A stretch of 64,000 bases of DNA from Endomicrobiales bacterium (GTDB taxonomy: Bacteria > Elusimicrobiota > Endomicrobiia > Endomicrobiales > JALOBY01). The notes beneath the pieces are model-generated. The model worked only from the letters and a program-made list of their open reading frames with translations. It was not told the origin of the DNA and ran no database searches. Positions 1 to 13,044 of this stretch are shown here, piece by piece (position 1 is the stretch's first letter; each line of letters opens with the position of its first letter). The stretch covers positions 128,001 to 192,000 of the forward strand of contig CAWCNJ010000005.1 in NCBI GenBank assembly GCA_963796955.1, given 5' to 3'. The position numbers were made by a program, and so were the translations under genes.

Positions 1-978
1 TTTATTTGCGGCAGCCTGCTGTTTATCATCACGGAATATCTGTCACATCACACCGCTTCCACCATACTGCGGCCCTTTATGCTGGCGGGGGTTATGTGGC
101 TTGGTCTTATTTCCATCGGGTTTTCCGTGACCGTCATTGCCGATATTTTCCGTCTGATATTTCACGCACCTCACACGCGCTGGATAATCTCGCTTGTCAG
201 CCTTATCGTGATCATCGGCCTCAGCGCATATTCTTATATAAACGTTCTGGGCAGGCCCGTACTTAAGAACATTCAGCTGCGCAGCGTTAAACTACCGTTG
301 AACATCCAATCCTTTAAGATCGTACAGCTCACCGATATCCATCTTGATTCCCTGAAAGATCCGGACTGGTTCTCGGATATCGTAAATACCGTCAACGCCC
401 AGCATCCGGACCTGATCGTTATTACCGGCGATCTTATAGACGCGAACGTCTACGAGCTGACGCCCTTTCTGGAAAGCATGAACAGCCTTAAGGCCACCTA
501 CGGGATCTATGCCATCACCGGCAACCATGAATTTTACATCGGAGAGGATATGTTCAAGGCCGCCTGCCTCTACTGCGGCATAACGCCATTACGCAACGAC
601 CACGTTTCGATAGACAGCATTATTGAACTGGCAGGCATTGACGACGTGACTTTTACCAGGAAAGAAGGAGTAGAGCCGGCGATGGAAAAAGCGCTGGAAG
701 GCTGCGACTTTACGAAACCGGTTGTTTTGCTTTCTCATCAACCGGATGTTTTTGACCGCGCCGCGGCCATGGGCGTTGACCTGCAGCTGTCCGGCCACAC
801 ACACGTGGGCCAGATACCGCCGATGGACCTGATCGTTGAAATGTACTTTAAATATCCTTACGGACTGTATCGGCAGGGAAAAGCGTACTTATATACCTCG
901 GCCGGCACGGGCACCTGGGGTCCGCCTATGCGCCTGTTCTCAAGATCGGAAATTACGGTGATCAAACTAACGCAATAA
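1..978 (+). CDS. Membrane-anchored metallophosphoesterase (YkuE-like), 5' end outside window
   Basis: Frame open from base 1; motifs DIH, GDLID, GNHE, SHQP and GHTH; N-terminal hydrophobic helices. Confidence 0.85.
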   Translation, partial: FICGSLLFIITEYLSHHTASTILRPFMLAGVMWLGLISIGFSVTVIADIFRLIFHAPHTRWIISLVSLIVIIGLSAYSYINVLGRPVLKNIQLRSVKLPLNIQSFKIVQLTDIHLDSLKDPDWFSDIVNTVNAQHPDLIVITGDLIDANVYELTPFLESMNSLKATYGIYAITGNHEFYIGEDMFKAACLYCGITPLRNDHVSIDSIIELAGIDDVTFTRKEGVEPAMEKALEGCDFTKPVVLLSHQPDVFDRAAAMGVDLQLSGHTHVGQIPPMDLIVEMYFKYPYGLYRQGKAYLYTSAGTGTWGPPMRLFSRSEITVIKLTQ

Positions 979-979
979 C

Positions 980-1007
980 GTAGAGACGCAAAATGTTGCG
1001 TCTCTAC
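980..1007. repeat. GTAG-footed REP-like palindrome, probable bidirectional terminator
   Basis: GTAGAGACGCAA-AATG-TTGCGTCTCTAC, a perfect 12-bp stem between convergent genes. Confidence 0.7.
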
Positions 1008-2107
1008 CGGTTAAATACAATATCCTGTAACCCCAATTCTTGCTGCATTACTTGTATCTCTTTGCGCAGGGCTTCGTCGATCGGCGCGCCTTTGTCTTTG
1101 CGGTCCAGCCAGTTCAAGTATTCTTTCTCGCCGGCAGTATAAATCCTTTTTGCGCCGGGCGCCTTTTTTGAAGCGCGCAGGGCGCGTAAAATAGCGCCCG
1201 TCGTTTTTTTGAATTCCTTCAACTCCGTAAACGCGTTCACATCTATCGCCATAAAAAAATGTCCCAGCGCGTAGGGTACTTTCTTTCCGCCGGAAACCCC
1301 GGTAAGCATATTCATAAAAGCGCCGCCCTGTAATGCCGCGCTCAATATCTCCACGACCGTCGCGTAACCGTACCCCTTATAACCGGCCTCTTCCTCGCCG
1401 ATACCGCCCAGCGGCGCCAGCGCGCAGATGCCCTTGTTCAAACCGTCGATCGCGACAGCCGCGTCGGTAACACTCTTGCCTTCCTGGTCTATCACCCAGC
1501 CGTGCGGCATGGTTTTTTTAAGCCGTGCGTACACTTCTATTTTGCCGCGCTGCGACAGCGAGGTCGCGTAATCCGTAACGAAGGGAAACTCCTCGTCGGT
1601 CGGCACACCAAAGACCAGGGGGTTCGTGCCCAGCATATTTTCAACGCCGAACGTGGGCGCTACGGAGGGTCTTGCGTTCGTTCCGGTTATGCCTATCAAC
1701 CCCTGCTCGCAGGCCTGCATCGCGTAGTAGCCTGAAATGCCGTAATGGGTAGAGTTCCTTACCGCCACCATGCCCATCCCGTAGTTTTTCGCCCTGTTGA
1801 TCGCCATGCCCATGGCCCGTTCGGCGATAACCTGCCCCATGCCGTGATGGCCGTCAACCACCGCCGTCGTCGTACCTTCCCTGATAACCTCAAAATTAGT
1901 TGTTGCCTGCTGAATACCCGCCTTAATGCGGTCATAATAAATGGTCTTCAGGCGGGAAATACCGTGCGAATCAATGCCGCGCTTGTCCGCCGTGATCAGC
2001 ACAGCCGCGCACACCTCGGCCTCCGGCCCCGGCACACCCAACCCTATAAAAACATCAGTCATGAACTTTTCGAGAATATCGAACGGCACCCATTGAATTT
2101 CAGCCAT
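1004..2107 (-). CDS. Ldh_2-family malate/L-lactate dehydrogenase
   Basis: RGIDSHG, NSTHYG, GTNPL and GYKGYG motifs; 367 aa. Confidence 0.85.
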   Translation of the reverse strand: MAEIQWVPFDILEKFMTDVFIGLGVPGPEAEVCAAVLITADKRGIDSHGISRLKTIYYDRIKAGIQQATTNFEVIREGTTTAVVDGHHGMGQVIAERAMGMAINRAKNYGMGMVAVRNSTHYGISGYYAMQACEQGLIGITGTNARPSVAPTFGVENMLGTNPLVFGVPTDEEFPFVTDYATSLSQRGKIEVYARLKKTMPHGWVIDQEGKSVTDAAVAIDGLNKGICALAPLGGIGEEEAGYKGYGYATVVEILSAALQGGAFMNMLTGVSGGKKVPYALGHFFMAIDVNAFTELKEFKKTTGAILRALRASKKAPGAKRIYTAGEKEYLNWLDRKDKGAPIDEALRKEIQVMQQELGLQDIVFNR

Positions 2108-2257
2108 ATACGCCTCCCCGTAACTAATTTTCTGTTGAACTACTGCGCAATTCTATCACTAAATAGCTGTCAGCGCAAGGTGGTACTTGTCAAGGGTGGC
2201 ATAAATAAGGTATAATCAACAGGCTATATATACATATATTTAACAGAGGGACGGATC

Positions 2258-2407
2258 ATGGCTAAGAGGGCTAACGGCAGAACGTTTCAACCTAACAATC
2301 ACCGCAGAAAGAAGAAGATCGGTTTTCGCGCGCGCATGAGCACAGCCGGCGGCCGCGGAGTCCTGTCGAAAAGGCGCGCAAAAGGGCGCAAGACGCTTTC
2401 TGCCTAA
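2258..2407 (+). CDS. rpmH: 50S ribosomal protein L34 (not in the ORF track)
   Basis: Translates [49 protein letters not shown]; lies directly upstream of rnpA. Confidence 0.95.
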   Translation: MAKRANGRTFQPNNHRRKKKIGFRARMSTAGGRGVLSKRRAKGRKTLSA

Positions 2408-2418
2408 TGTAGCCTGGT

Positions 2419-2814
2419 ATGTCACCCGAAAAGCCCGTACTCCGGTTCACCTTCTCCCGAAATGAGCGGCTTCACCTTCAGTCTGATTTCTCTGAAATCC
2501 TCAATCGCGGACGCAAGCTGACCAGTCCGGGGCTTTTCATTTTTGTGCAACGCCGTAAAAACACAGCCGCCGTTTCGAACCGTTTGCCGTTGGCCCGCAT
2601 GGGGCTGGTCACCAGCCGCAAGGTCGGCAACGCGCCCCAGCGTAACCAGGCGAAGCGCCGCCTTAGAGAGATATTCCGGCTGCATAAGCATTTGCTGGAA
2701 CCGGGCACGGACTGCATATTTATTCCCAGGGCGCCGATCACCGCAATGCCGTTTGGCGACCTTGAGGCCTTGGTGCTCGGCAGCCTTCGTAAAGCAGCCG
2801 TGCTGGCAGAATGA
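2419..2814 (+). CDS. rnpA: RNase P protein component
   Basis: [25 protein letters not shown] (RNR motif); synteny. Confidence 0.95.
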   Translation: MSPEKPVLRFTFSRNERLHLQSDFSEILNRGRKLTSPGLFIFVQRRKNTAAVSNRLPLARMGLVTSRKVGNAPQRNQAKRRLREIFRLHKHLLEPGTDCIFIPRAPITAMPFGDLEALVLGSLRKAAVLAE

Positions 2815-3044
2815 AACATATCGTTCTTTTTTTTATAAAAATTTATCAATTCTTTTCCGGCCTCGGACCACGCCGCTGCAGATTTTATCCGACCTGTTCG
2901 CACTACGCCGCCGAAGCGGTGAGGGAGCATGGAACGCTGCGCGGCCTGTGGCTTGCCGTGCGCAGAGTGATCCGTTGCCATCCGTTTAACGCCGGCGGCC
3001 TTGACCCGGTACCGCCTCGTATATCTAAGGAGCAGACTCAATGA
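2811..3044 (+). CDS. yidD: Membrane protein insertion efficiency factor
   Basis: [10 protein letters not shown] and RCHPF motifs. Confidence 0.95.
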   Translation: MKHIVLFFIKIYQFFSGLGPRRCRFYPTCSHYAAEAVREHGTLRGLWLAVRRVIRCHPFNAGGLDPVPPRISKEQTQ

Positions 3045-4573
3045 ACCGTAATACTGTTTTAGCCGTTATCCTTTCCGCAGCATTCTTATTCTTCTGGTGG
3101 GCTTATGTTAAGCCGCCGGTGCAAAATACCGCCGTGCCCGCGGGCGCGCCGACCATTTCCGACGCCGGTTCCACCAGCTGCGCCGTAACCACGCCCGCAC
3201 CGGTCACACCACAGGCCCAGAAAGAGATCGCCGAAAAAGAAATAGTCGTCGAGAACGATCAGTATAAAGCGGTATTCACCAACCGCGGCGCCGCGGTCAA
3301 ACACTGGTTCCTGAAAGACCACGGGGTACAGACAGACCTGGTCCTGTGCGGTGAGCAGCTTTCCACCTATCCCGGCACCATGTTCGGCTGGCGGTTGCTG
3401 GGCGATAACGGCGTGGAGTTTACCACGACGCTGCGCGAAGGCTGGCGCATAACGAAAACCTACGATCTCTCTAATAAATTCCTGCACGAATTGACGCTCA
3501 AGGCGGACCGCACCAAAAAAGACGCGGTAAAAGTGCCTTTTGAGATCTTCTGGACGGGCGGCCTCGGCACGGTGGACAGCGAAAAGAACGACAACCTGGC
3601 CCAGACCCGCGCGATCGGCCTTACCGACGCAAAACCGCAGGCCCTGCAGAAATTCAAGCCCGGCGAATATAGCGCAGCCGAGTACAGCTGGAGCGCGGTG
3701 GACAACCGATATTTCCTGGCCGCCTTCCTGCCGGAAAAACTTAAAACCCTTACCGCCTTCACCAAGATAAACGTTTCAGTTGAAAAGAAAATGCCGCCCG
3801 AAGTGGCGATGTCCGGCTGGTTCGACCCCGCCGGCGAGTCGCACACCGTTACCACAAAATTCTATCTGGGGCCGAAAGGCTACCAGCACCTGAAATCCCT
3901 TAACCTGAAATTAGAAGAAGCCGTGGATTTCGGCTGGTTCGGATTTCTCGGCAAGGGCGCATTATGGATACTGACCACGCTCTTCTCCATTACACACAAT
4001 TACGGCTGGGCGATAATCCTGCTGACACTGCTGCTGCAGCTGCTGGTTTTCCCGCTGACGTTAAAAAGCCTGAAAGCCGCCGCCGCCATGAAAAAGATAC
4101 AGCCGCTGATGAAAGAATTACAGACAAAGTATAAAGCTGATCCGCAGCGCATGAACGTTGAGCTGATGAACCTGTACAAAACGCAGGGGGTTAACCCGCT
4201 CAGCGGCTGCCTGCCGATGATACTACAGCTGCCGATCTTCTGGGCGCTGTTTACCACGCTGCGCAACGCCTACGAGATCCACGGCGCGCCCTGGATCTTT
4301 TGGATCCACGACCTTTCTATGAAGGATCCCTACTACGTATTGCCGGTGCTGATGGGCCTGGGCATGCTGCTGCAGCAGAAGATGACCGCCACCGCCACCG
4401 ACCCCGCTCAGGCGAAAATGATGATGTTCATGCCGGTCATATTTACGTTCATGTTCCTTAAATTCCCGGCGGGCCTGGTGCTGTACTGGCTGGTGAACAA
4501 TATATTAACCGTCTCAGAACAATATGTGATCATGCGCATGGAAGAAAGACGCACGGCACTTGCTAAAATCTAG
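3041..4573 (+). CDS. yidC: Membrane protein insertase YidC
   Basis: VDFGWF, NYGWAII, GCLP..LQLPI, DPYYVLP and GLVLYW motifs. Confidence 0.97.
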   Translation: MNRNTVLAVILSAAFLFFWWAYVKPPVQNTAVPAGAPTISDAGSTSCAVTTPAPVTPQAQKEIAEKEIVVENDQYKAVFTNRGAAVKHWFLKDHGVQTDLVLCGEQLSTYPGTMFGWRLLGDNGVEFTTTLREGWRITKTYDLSNKFLHELTLKADRTKKDAVKVPFEIFWTGGLGTVDSEKNDNLAQTRAIGLTDAKPQALQKFKPGEYSAAEYSWSAVDNRYFLAAFLPEKLKTLTAFTKINVSVEKKMPPEVAMSGWFDPAGESHTVTTKFYLGPKGYQHLKSLNLKLEEAVDFGWFGFLGKGALWILTTLFSITHNYGWAIILLTLLLQLLVFPLTLKSLKAAAAMKKIQPLMKELQTKYKADPQRMNVELMNLYKTQGVNPLSGCLPMILQLPIFWALFTTLRNAYEIHGAPWIFWIHDLSMKDPYYVLPVLMGLGMLLQQKMTATATDPAQAKMMMFMPVIFTFMFLKFPAGLVLYWLVNNILTVSEQYVIMRMEERRTALAKI

Positions 4574-4590
4574 CAGGTAAGAGGTATATC

Positions 4591-5244
4591 ATGAATGAAA
4601 TAGAAATAGACGGAAAAACTGTTGAAGACGCGATCAATGAAGGTCTCGCAAAACTGTGCGTTCGCCGCGACCAGGTTGATGTTAAAATACTTTCAGAAGG
4701 CTCAACCGGCCTGTTCGGCCTGATGGGCTCCAAGGCCGCCAGCGTGCGCCTGACTCTTAAAGAAGGTGTGCAGCCGGGCGTTCCAGCCGACCTTGCGCTG
4801 GTGCAGGAAAAAGCAAAGGAATTGCTGGGCCAGATCCTTACCATGATGAAGATCTCTTTCACCGAAATAAACACCTCCATGCTTACCGGCCGTGTATATA
4901 TCGACGTAAAATCTCCGGAAAGCGCCCTGATCATCGGCAAGGGCGGCGCAACGCTGGACGCGCTGGAGATGATACTGAACCTGATGCTGGCACGGGAACC
5001 CAAGACCAGGGCGAAAGTTAATATCGACACAGAAAAATACCGCCTTCGTCAGGAAGAAAAACTCACCGAGCTGGCATTGCAAGGCGCCACCTCCGCTAAA
5101 ACAAGCGGCAAGCCCTTCCGCTTTGAACCCATGAATTCGCACGACCGGCGCATTGTGCACATGGCGCTTAAAAGTGATACGTCGATAGAGACAGTTTCCG
5201 AGGGCGAAGGCGTGGTGCGCAGCGTGATAGTTAAACCAAAATAA
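4591..5244 (+). CDS. jag: Jag/EloR KH-R3H RNA-binding protein
   Basis: Jag_N start (GKTVEDAI), KH motif IGKGG, R3H motif RRIVH. Confidence 0.95.
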   Translation: MNEIEIDGKTVEDAINEGLAKLCVRRDQVDVKILSEGSTGLFGLMGSKAASVRLTLKEGVQPGVPADLALVQEKAKELLGQILTMMKISFTEINTSMLTGRVYIDVKSPESALIIGKGGATLDALEMILNLMLAREPKTRAKVNIDTEKYRLRQEEKLTELALQGATSAKTSGKPFRFEPMNSHDRRIVHMALKSDTSIETVSEGEGVVRSVIVKPK

Positions 5245-5252
5245 TTCACCGC

Positions 5253-6636
5253 ATGTACCAGAACACGGACGACACTATCGCCGCCATTACCACGCCCCCC
5301 GGGCGCGGCGGCATAGGGGTGGTTCGCGTCAGCGGTCCCGCGGCGCGTACAGATCGCCGATCATATTTTCAGCCCCTCCGGCACGACACCTCCGTCCCAG
5401 TTTGCGACCCATACCATACATTTCGGCCGTCTGCAGAACGAAGGAGCGGTCATTGACGAATGCCTTCTTTCGATCATGAAAGGGCCGCGCACGTATACCG
5501 GCCAGGACACCGTTGAATTCTCCCTGCACGGCGGCCCCGTCGTGGTGCGGCTTGCCCTTGTCGCCTGCATGACAGCGGGCGCACGACAGGCGGGCCCCGG
5601 GGAATTTACCTTCCGTGCATTTATGAACGGCAAGCTGGACCTTTCACGCGCTGAAGCGGTCTGCGATCTTATCTCTGCCAAAACAGAGGCAGCGGCCACC
5701 GCGTCCGTACGCGTGCTGGAAGGCGCGCTTTCGGAAAAAGTATCGGCCTGGCGAGAACGCCTGCTTTCAGTTTTAATGCGCCTTGAAACCGCCATCGACC
5801 ACGCGGGCGATGATTTTGAGCCTATAACCCAAACAGAACTTGAAGCGGAGTGCGCGGGCCTGCGCGGCGGCCTTGCCGGCCTCCTGAAAAACTACGCCAA
5901 AGCACGCCACCTCAGAGAGGGCATCAACGCCGTTATCTGCGGCCGGCCGAACACCGGGAAATCGTCATTAATGAACGCCCTGCTGCAGCGCGACCGGGCC
6001 ATTGTAAGCGCTATCCCCGGCACCACCAGAGATACGATAGAAGAGACGCTGGACATCGCCGGTATGCCGGTGATGATCACAGATACGGCCGGCTTGCGCG
6101 GCGCAAGCAGCGATCCGATCGAGGCAATCGGCCACGAACGGGCACGCAACGCGCTTTCAAAGGCCGACACCGTGCTTTGGGTGCTGGACGGTTCACAGCC
6201 CCTCAACGATGACGACAGGGCCATAGAACGCCTGCTGGCGGCGCAGGGACTCTTTACAAAAACGATCCTTATCATAAACAAAGCGGATCTTCCTCAGAAA
6301 CTGGAAGAGCCGGCGATGCCCGGCGTCCGCGCTGTGGTGCGGATCTCCTGCTTACAAGGTCTCGGGCTCGAGCCGCTGGAAGAAAGCATTGTGCAGTGTG
6401 CGGGAGATGCGGCGGCGGGCCCTGAACTTATTTTCGTCAACGAACGCCATTGCGCGGCGCTTACCGGCGCGGACAGGGCCATTGCAGAAGCGCAGGCGGC
6501 CCTGGCGACCGCCTCAGCCGATATCCTTGCCTTTCACATCCGGGAAGCCCTGGACTGCCTGGGAGAGATCACCGGCGACACCGCCGACGAAGAGATCTTG
6601 TCAAAAATATTCAGCAATTTTTGTATAGGAAAATAA
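5253..6636 (+). CDS. mnmE: tRNA modification GTPase MnmE (frameshift near 5350, probably a sequencing error)
   Basis: [23 protein letters not shown]-terminus; [23 protein letters not shown]-terminal FCIGK. Confidence 0.93.
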
Positions 6637-6638
6637 TT

Positions 6639-7403
6639 ATCAGACAAAAATACGGGCAGCACTTTTTATCGGACCATTCGATCGCGCGGCGGATCGTTGA
6701 AGCAGCCGCTATCGACATCGGCGATACCGTTATGGAGATCGGACCCGGCAAGGGCGTGCTGACCGATATGCTTGCCGCCCGCTGCAGCAAACTTATTGCG
6801 GTTGAGATCGACAGCGCGCTCGCCGACAAACTGAGAGCGCGTTTTGCCGCTGAACCAAAAGTTGAGGTGCTCAGCGCCAATTTTCTCGAATACGAACTTC
6901 CGGATGTAACCGCGCCGGTTAAAATAGTATCGAACCTGCCGTATTATGTTGCTACGGCTATTATCGAACGCTTCCTGCCCTGGCAGGGCTGGAGCCGCGC
7001 GACCGTCATGGTGCAAAAGGAAGTGGGCCTGCGCATCTGCGCGCCGGTAAACTCATCCGATTACGGTTATTACACATTATTGTGCCAGTATTACGCCGCC
7101 TGCAAAAGCCTTTTTGACGTCCCGCCCGCCAGTTTTTCGCCGCCGCCGGAAGTTGATTCACTGGTTATCACCCTTACCAACAACAACCCCCAGGCAGCGC
7201 CCGGGGAGGTATTAGAGCTTATCAAACAAGCCTTCGCGCATCGCAGAAAGAATATTTTGAATGCCCTCACCATCAGCACAACACGCGATAAAGAAGCCGT
7301 AAAACCACTGTTAGAGAAAGCCGGTATCGCGCAAACCACCCGCCCGCAAAACCTTTCCTGGAAAGATTATGAAACCCTCCAGCGATTATTGACAACGCTC
7401 TAA
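6639..7403 (+). CDS. rsmA: 16S rRNA m6,2A dimethyltransferase; start codon unclear (ATC at 6639)
   Basis: GQHFL, EIGPGKG, NLPY, MVQKEV and F.PPP.VDS motifs. Confidence 0.93.
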   Translation: MRQKYGQHFLSDHSIARRIVEAAAIDIGDTVMEIGPGKGVLTDMLAARCSKLIAVEIDSALADKLRARFAAEPKVEVLSANFLEYELPDVTAPVKIVSNLPYYVATAIIERFLPWQGWSRATVMVQKEVGLRICAPVNSSDYGYYTLLCQYYAACKSLFDVPPASFSPPPEVDSLVITLTNNNPQAAPGEVLELIKQAFAHRRKNILNALTISTTRDKEAVKPLLEKAGIAQTTRPQNLSWKDYETLQRLLTTL

Positions 7404-7476
7404 TACTTTTGTACTATATTTAAAGATATTACTCTTTAAAAGATAAAAGATAACATATAATAAGCAGTAGTCACAC

Positions 7477-7518
7477 AGTGGATAAGTTATACACAATTGT
7501 GCACAACCTTGTTAATAA
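7477..7518. promoter_or_regulatory. DnaA-box cluster upstream of dnaA
   Basis: AGTGGATAA (7477), TTATACACA (7487, fits TTATNCACA), TTGTGCACA (7497) and TGTTAATAA (7510) in an AT-rich gap. Confidence 0.8.
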
Positions 7519-7563
7519 CTTATTTTGTACGGATTTTAACTCACTTTTCAATGGATTTTGTGA

Positions 7564-8927
7564 ATGCAACTAGAGCATCTGTGGAAAACGGTTGTTGATA
7601 ACCTTAAAGAAGCAATGGGCCTGGAATCCTTTAATCTGTGGATCCACCCGATCAAACCCATCTCCTATGATAACGGAACATTGGTATTACAGGTACCAAA
7701 TAAATATTTTTCCGATTGGATAAAATCCCATCAGCTCGAAACGATACAAAAAATTATCTCCGGCGAAACCCATCAGGACGTTACCATACAATTTAACGAA
7801 GTGCAGGACCTCGCGCCCATCCTTAACCGCGTGGAAGCAATAGCGGACCCCGTGCCCGCGGGCGCCCTGCGACACGCATCCCCGACGATCAGTTCGCGCC
7901 CCGGTACGTGTTTGACCGTTTTGTCGTCGGTGCCTCCAACCGTTTCGCGCATGCCTCATGCGAGGCTGTTTCTAAGAGCCCGGGGAAACAATTCAACCCT
8001 TTATTTATTTACGGCGGCGTGGGTCTTGGTAAAACACATTTAATGCACGCGATCGGCAACAATATCCGCAAGAACAATCCCAACGCCCGCGTGCTCTACG
8101 TGACATCCGAAAAATTCATCAACGAATTTATTGATTCCATCCGCTTTGAAAAGCCGGCCTCGTTCCGCAACAAGTTCCGCAACCTGGACTGCCTGCTGAT
8201 AGACGACATCCAATTCCTTGCCGGCCGCCAAAGCTCGCAGGAAGAGTTCTTTAATACCTTTAATACCCTCTACGATTCGCGCAAACAGATCGTTATTACC
8301 TCAGACCGGCCGCCGAAGGACCTGCCCACCCTTGAGCAGCGCCTTATTTCACGCTTCGAGTGGGGCGTCATCGCCGACATTCAGCCTCCGGACCTTGAGA
8401 CCCGCATCGCGATACTCAGGAAAAAGGCCGAAGAAGAAAGCCTGTATATTCCTGATGATGTGGTGTTGTTCATAGCAACGCAAATTAAATCGAACATACG
8501 AGAGCTGGAAGGCACCCTGATACGCATAGCGGCCTTCTCGGCCTTCACCGGCACGCCTCTTACGGTAGATTCCGTGCAAAAGATAATTAAGGACGTTGTA
8601 CGGCCCTCTGAAGATTCCGCTCAGATCACCATAGAACGCATCCAGAACATTGTCGCCAGACATTTCAACCTGGATATAAAAGATATGAAATCAAAGCGAC
8701 GCAGCGATGCCATCGCGTTCCCGCGCCAGATCGCCATGTACCTGGCCCGCACGTTAACGGACCAGTTCTCCACCACCGAAATAGGCAACGAATTCGGCGG
8801 CAAAGACCATACCACGGTCATGCATGCCTGCAACAAGATAAAAGCCAGGATGTCTTCGGACCCGTATTTTGTCGCCAAGGTTAACCAGATCAGCCAGGAA
8901 ATACGCTCAAATTCAACTGAAGATTAA
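7564..8927 (+). CDS. dnaA: Chromosomal replication initiator DnaA (frameshift near 7860-7900)
   Basis: N-terminal domain in the 7564 [31 protein letters not shown] and [11 protein letters not shown] in the 7908 ORF. Confidence 0.97.
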
Positions 8928-9144
8928 CAGCTGTATAACGGACTAATAACTCCGTATTTACTGTATAACTTTTTTGTTCTCTAACATTCTTAATAACTTA
9001 ACTTATTATTAACAATTCCTTAACACACCACAGCAAGTGAAACATGTTTGTTTTGAGGCACTTTTTAAAGTTGTTAACAGTATACAGACAATACAGCTGC
9101 CTACTACCGCTACTACTAGCCTTTATTAAAAGGAGAAACACCAG
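8928..9144. other. Probable oriC unwinding region between dnaA and dnaN
   Basis: AT-rich gap; box variants TTATTAACA (9006) and TTGTTAACA (9071); CTGTATAAC twice; CTA-CTA-CCG-CTA-CTA-CTA run at 9101-9118 resembling DnaA-trios. Confidence 0.75.
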
Positions 9145-10248
9145 ATGAAGATCATTTGTGAAAAAGATGAACTGGTTAAAGGTTCTCAGATCACTTCAAC
9201 CGTGGTACCGCCCCGCAGCACGCTGCCTATCCTCTCCAATTTCCTTCTAGAAGCGGAAGGCACACAGCTGAAATTATCTTCTACGGACCTTGAAGTAGGG
9301 GTAACCTGCTTTATTAAAGGGGAAGTGATAAAAGAAGGTTCCATTACGATCCCTGCCAAACGTTTTGGCGATATAATACGCGAGCTTCCTGAAAAACAGC
9401 CGATAGAAATAAAAGCAGATGATACGAACCAGGTAAGCATTCGCTGCGGTAAAGCGCATTTTACGCTTATGGGTCTTTCCAAAGCAGACTATCCCGTGCT
9501 GCCGGTCTTCCCCCAGGAAAATTTCACCCTGAACCGCGATACCATGAAAGCCATGTTCCGTAAAGCGGCATTTGCCGTTTCAACGGATGAGACACGATAT
9601 GTTCTTAACGGCGTGTATATGCTGGTGGAAAAAGGAACCGTAAAACTTGTGTCGACAGACGGCCGCCGCCTTGCCTTTATTTCGCGTGATGCCGCCGATA
9701 AAAAGATACAGCGCTCGGCGATCATCCCAACCAAAGCCGTTAACGAACTGCAGCGGGTACTCAATTCAGATGAAAAAGGCGATGAGGTTACAGTCGGTAT
9801 CACAGAGAATCAGATAGCCTTTAAAGCCGGCAACATCACGATCATCTCACGCCTGATAGAAGGTTCCTTCCCTAATTACGACCAGGTGATACCTAAGAAG
9901 CATGATGTGCAGGTAAAGCTTAACGTTAAAGAAACCCTGCAGGCTGTGCGCCAGATGTCCACCCTTGCCCTTGATAAGGCCTCTGCCATTCGTTTTACGT
10001 TCGCCAAGAACACGCTGCGTATCTCGGCATCAGCCCAGGGCCTTGGCTCCGGTGAAGCGGAGATCGATGTTGAATATACCGGCCAGCTGCTGGAGATCGC
10101 CTTCAACCCGCAGTTCCTTATCGATATACTGAAAAATTCAGACGATGATGTCGTGATCATGGAATTGACCGGTTCGCTTAACCCCGCGCTGGTGCACCCG
10201 GTAAAAGATGCGAATTATCTCTGCGTTGTTATGCCGATGCGTTTGTAA
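9145..10248 (+). CDS. dnaN: DNA polymerase III beta clamp
   Basis: STDLE, STDETRYVLNG, TDGRRL and C-terminal VMPMRL. Confidence 0.97.
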   Translation: MKIICEKDELVKGSQITSTVVPPRSTLPILSNFLLEAEGTQLKLSSTDLEVGVTCFIKGEVIKEGSITIPAKRFGDIIRELPEKQPIEIKADDTNQVSIRCGKAHFTLMGLSKADYPVLPVFPQENFTLNRDTMKAMFRKAAFAVSTDETRYVLNGVYMLVEKGTVKLVSTDGRRLAFISRDAADKKIQRSAIIPTKAVNELQRVLNSDEKGDEVTVGITENQIAFKAGNITIISRLIEGSFPNYDQVIPKKHDVQVKLNVKETLQAVRQMSTLALDKASAIRFTFAKNTLRISASAQGLGSGEAEIDVEYTGQLLEIAFNPQFLIDILKNSDDDVVIMELTGSLNPALVHPVKDANYLCVVMPMRL

Positions 10249-10253
10249 TTCAC

Positions 10254-13012
<2,759 letters not shown>

Positions 13013-13044
13013 TTGTTCTCTCATATTTAAGAAAAGGAAATAAA

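Noticed and set aside
6450..6638. N-terminal extension of rsmA in the ORF track
   Set aside because: It overlaps the mnmE C-terminus; homology begins at RQKYGQHFL
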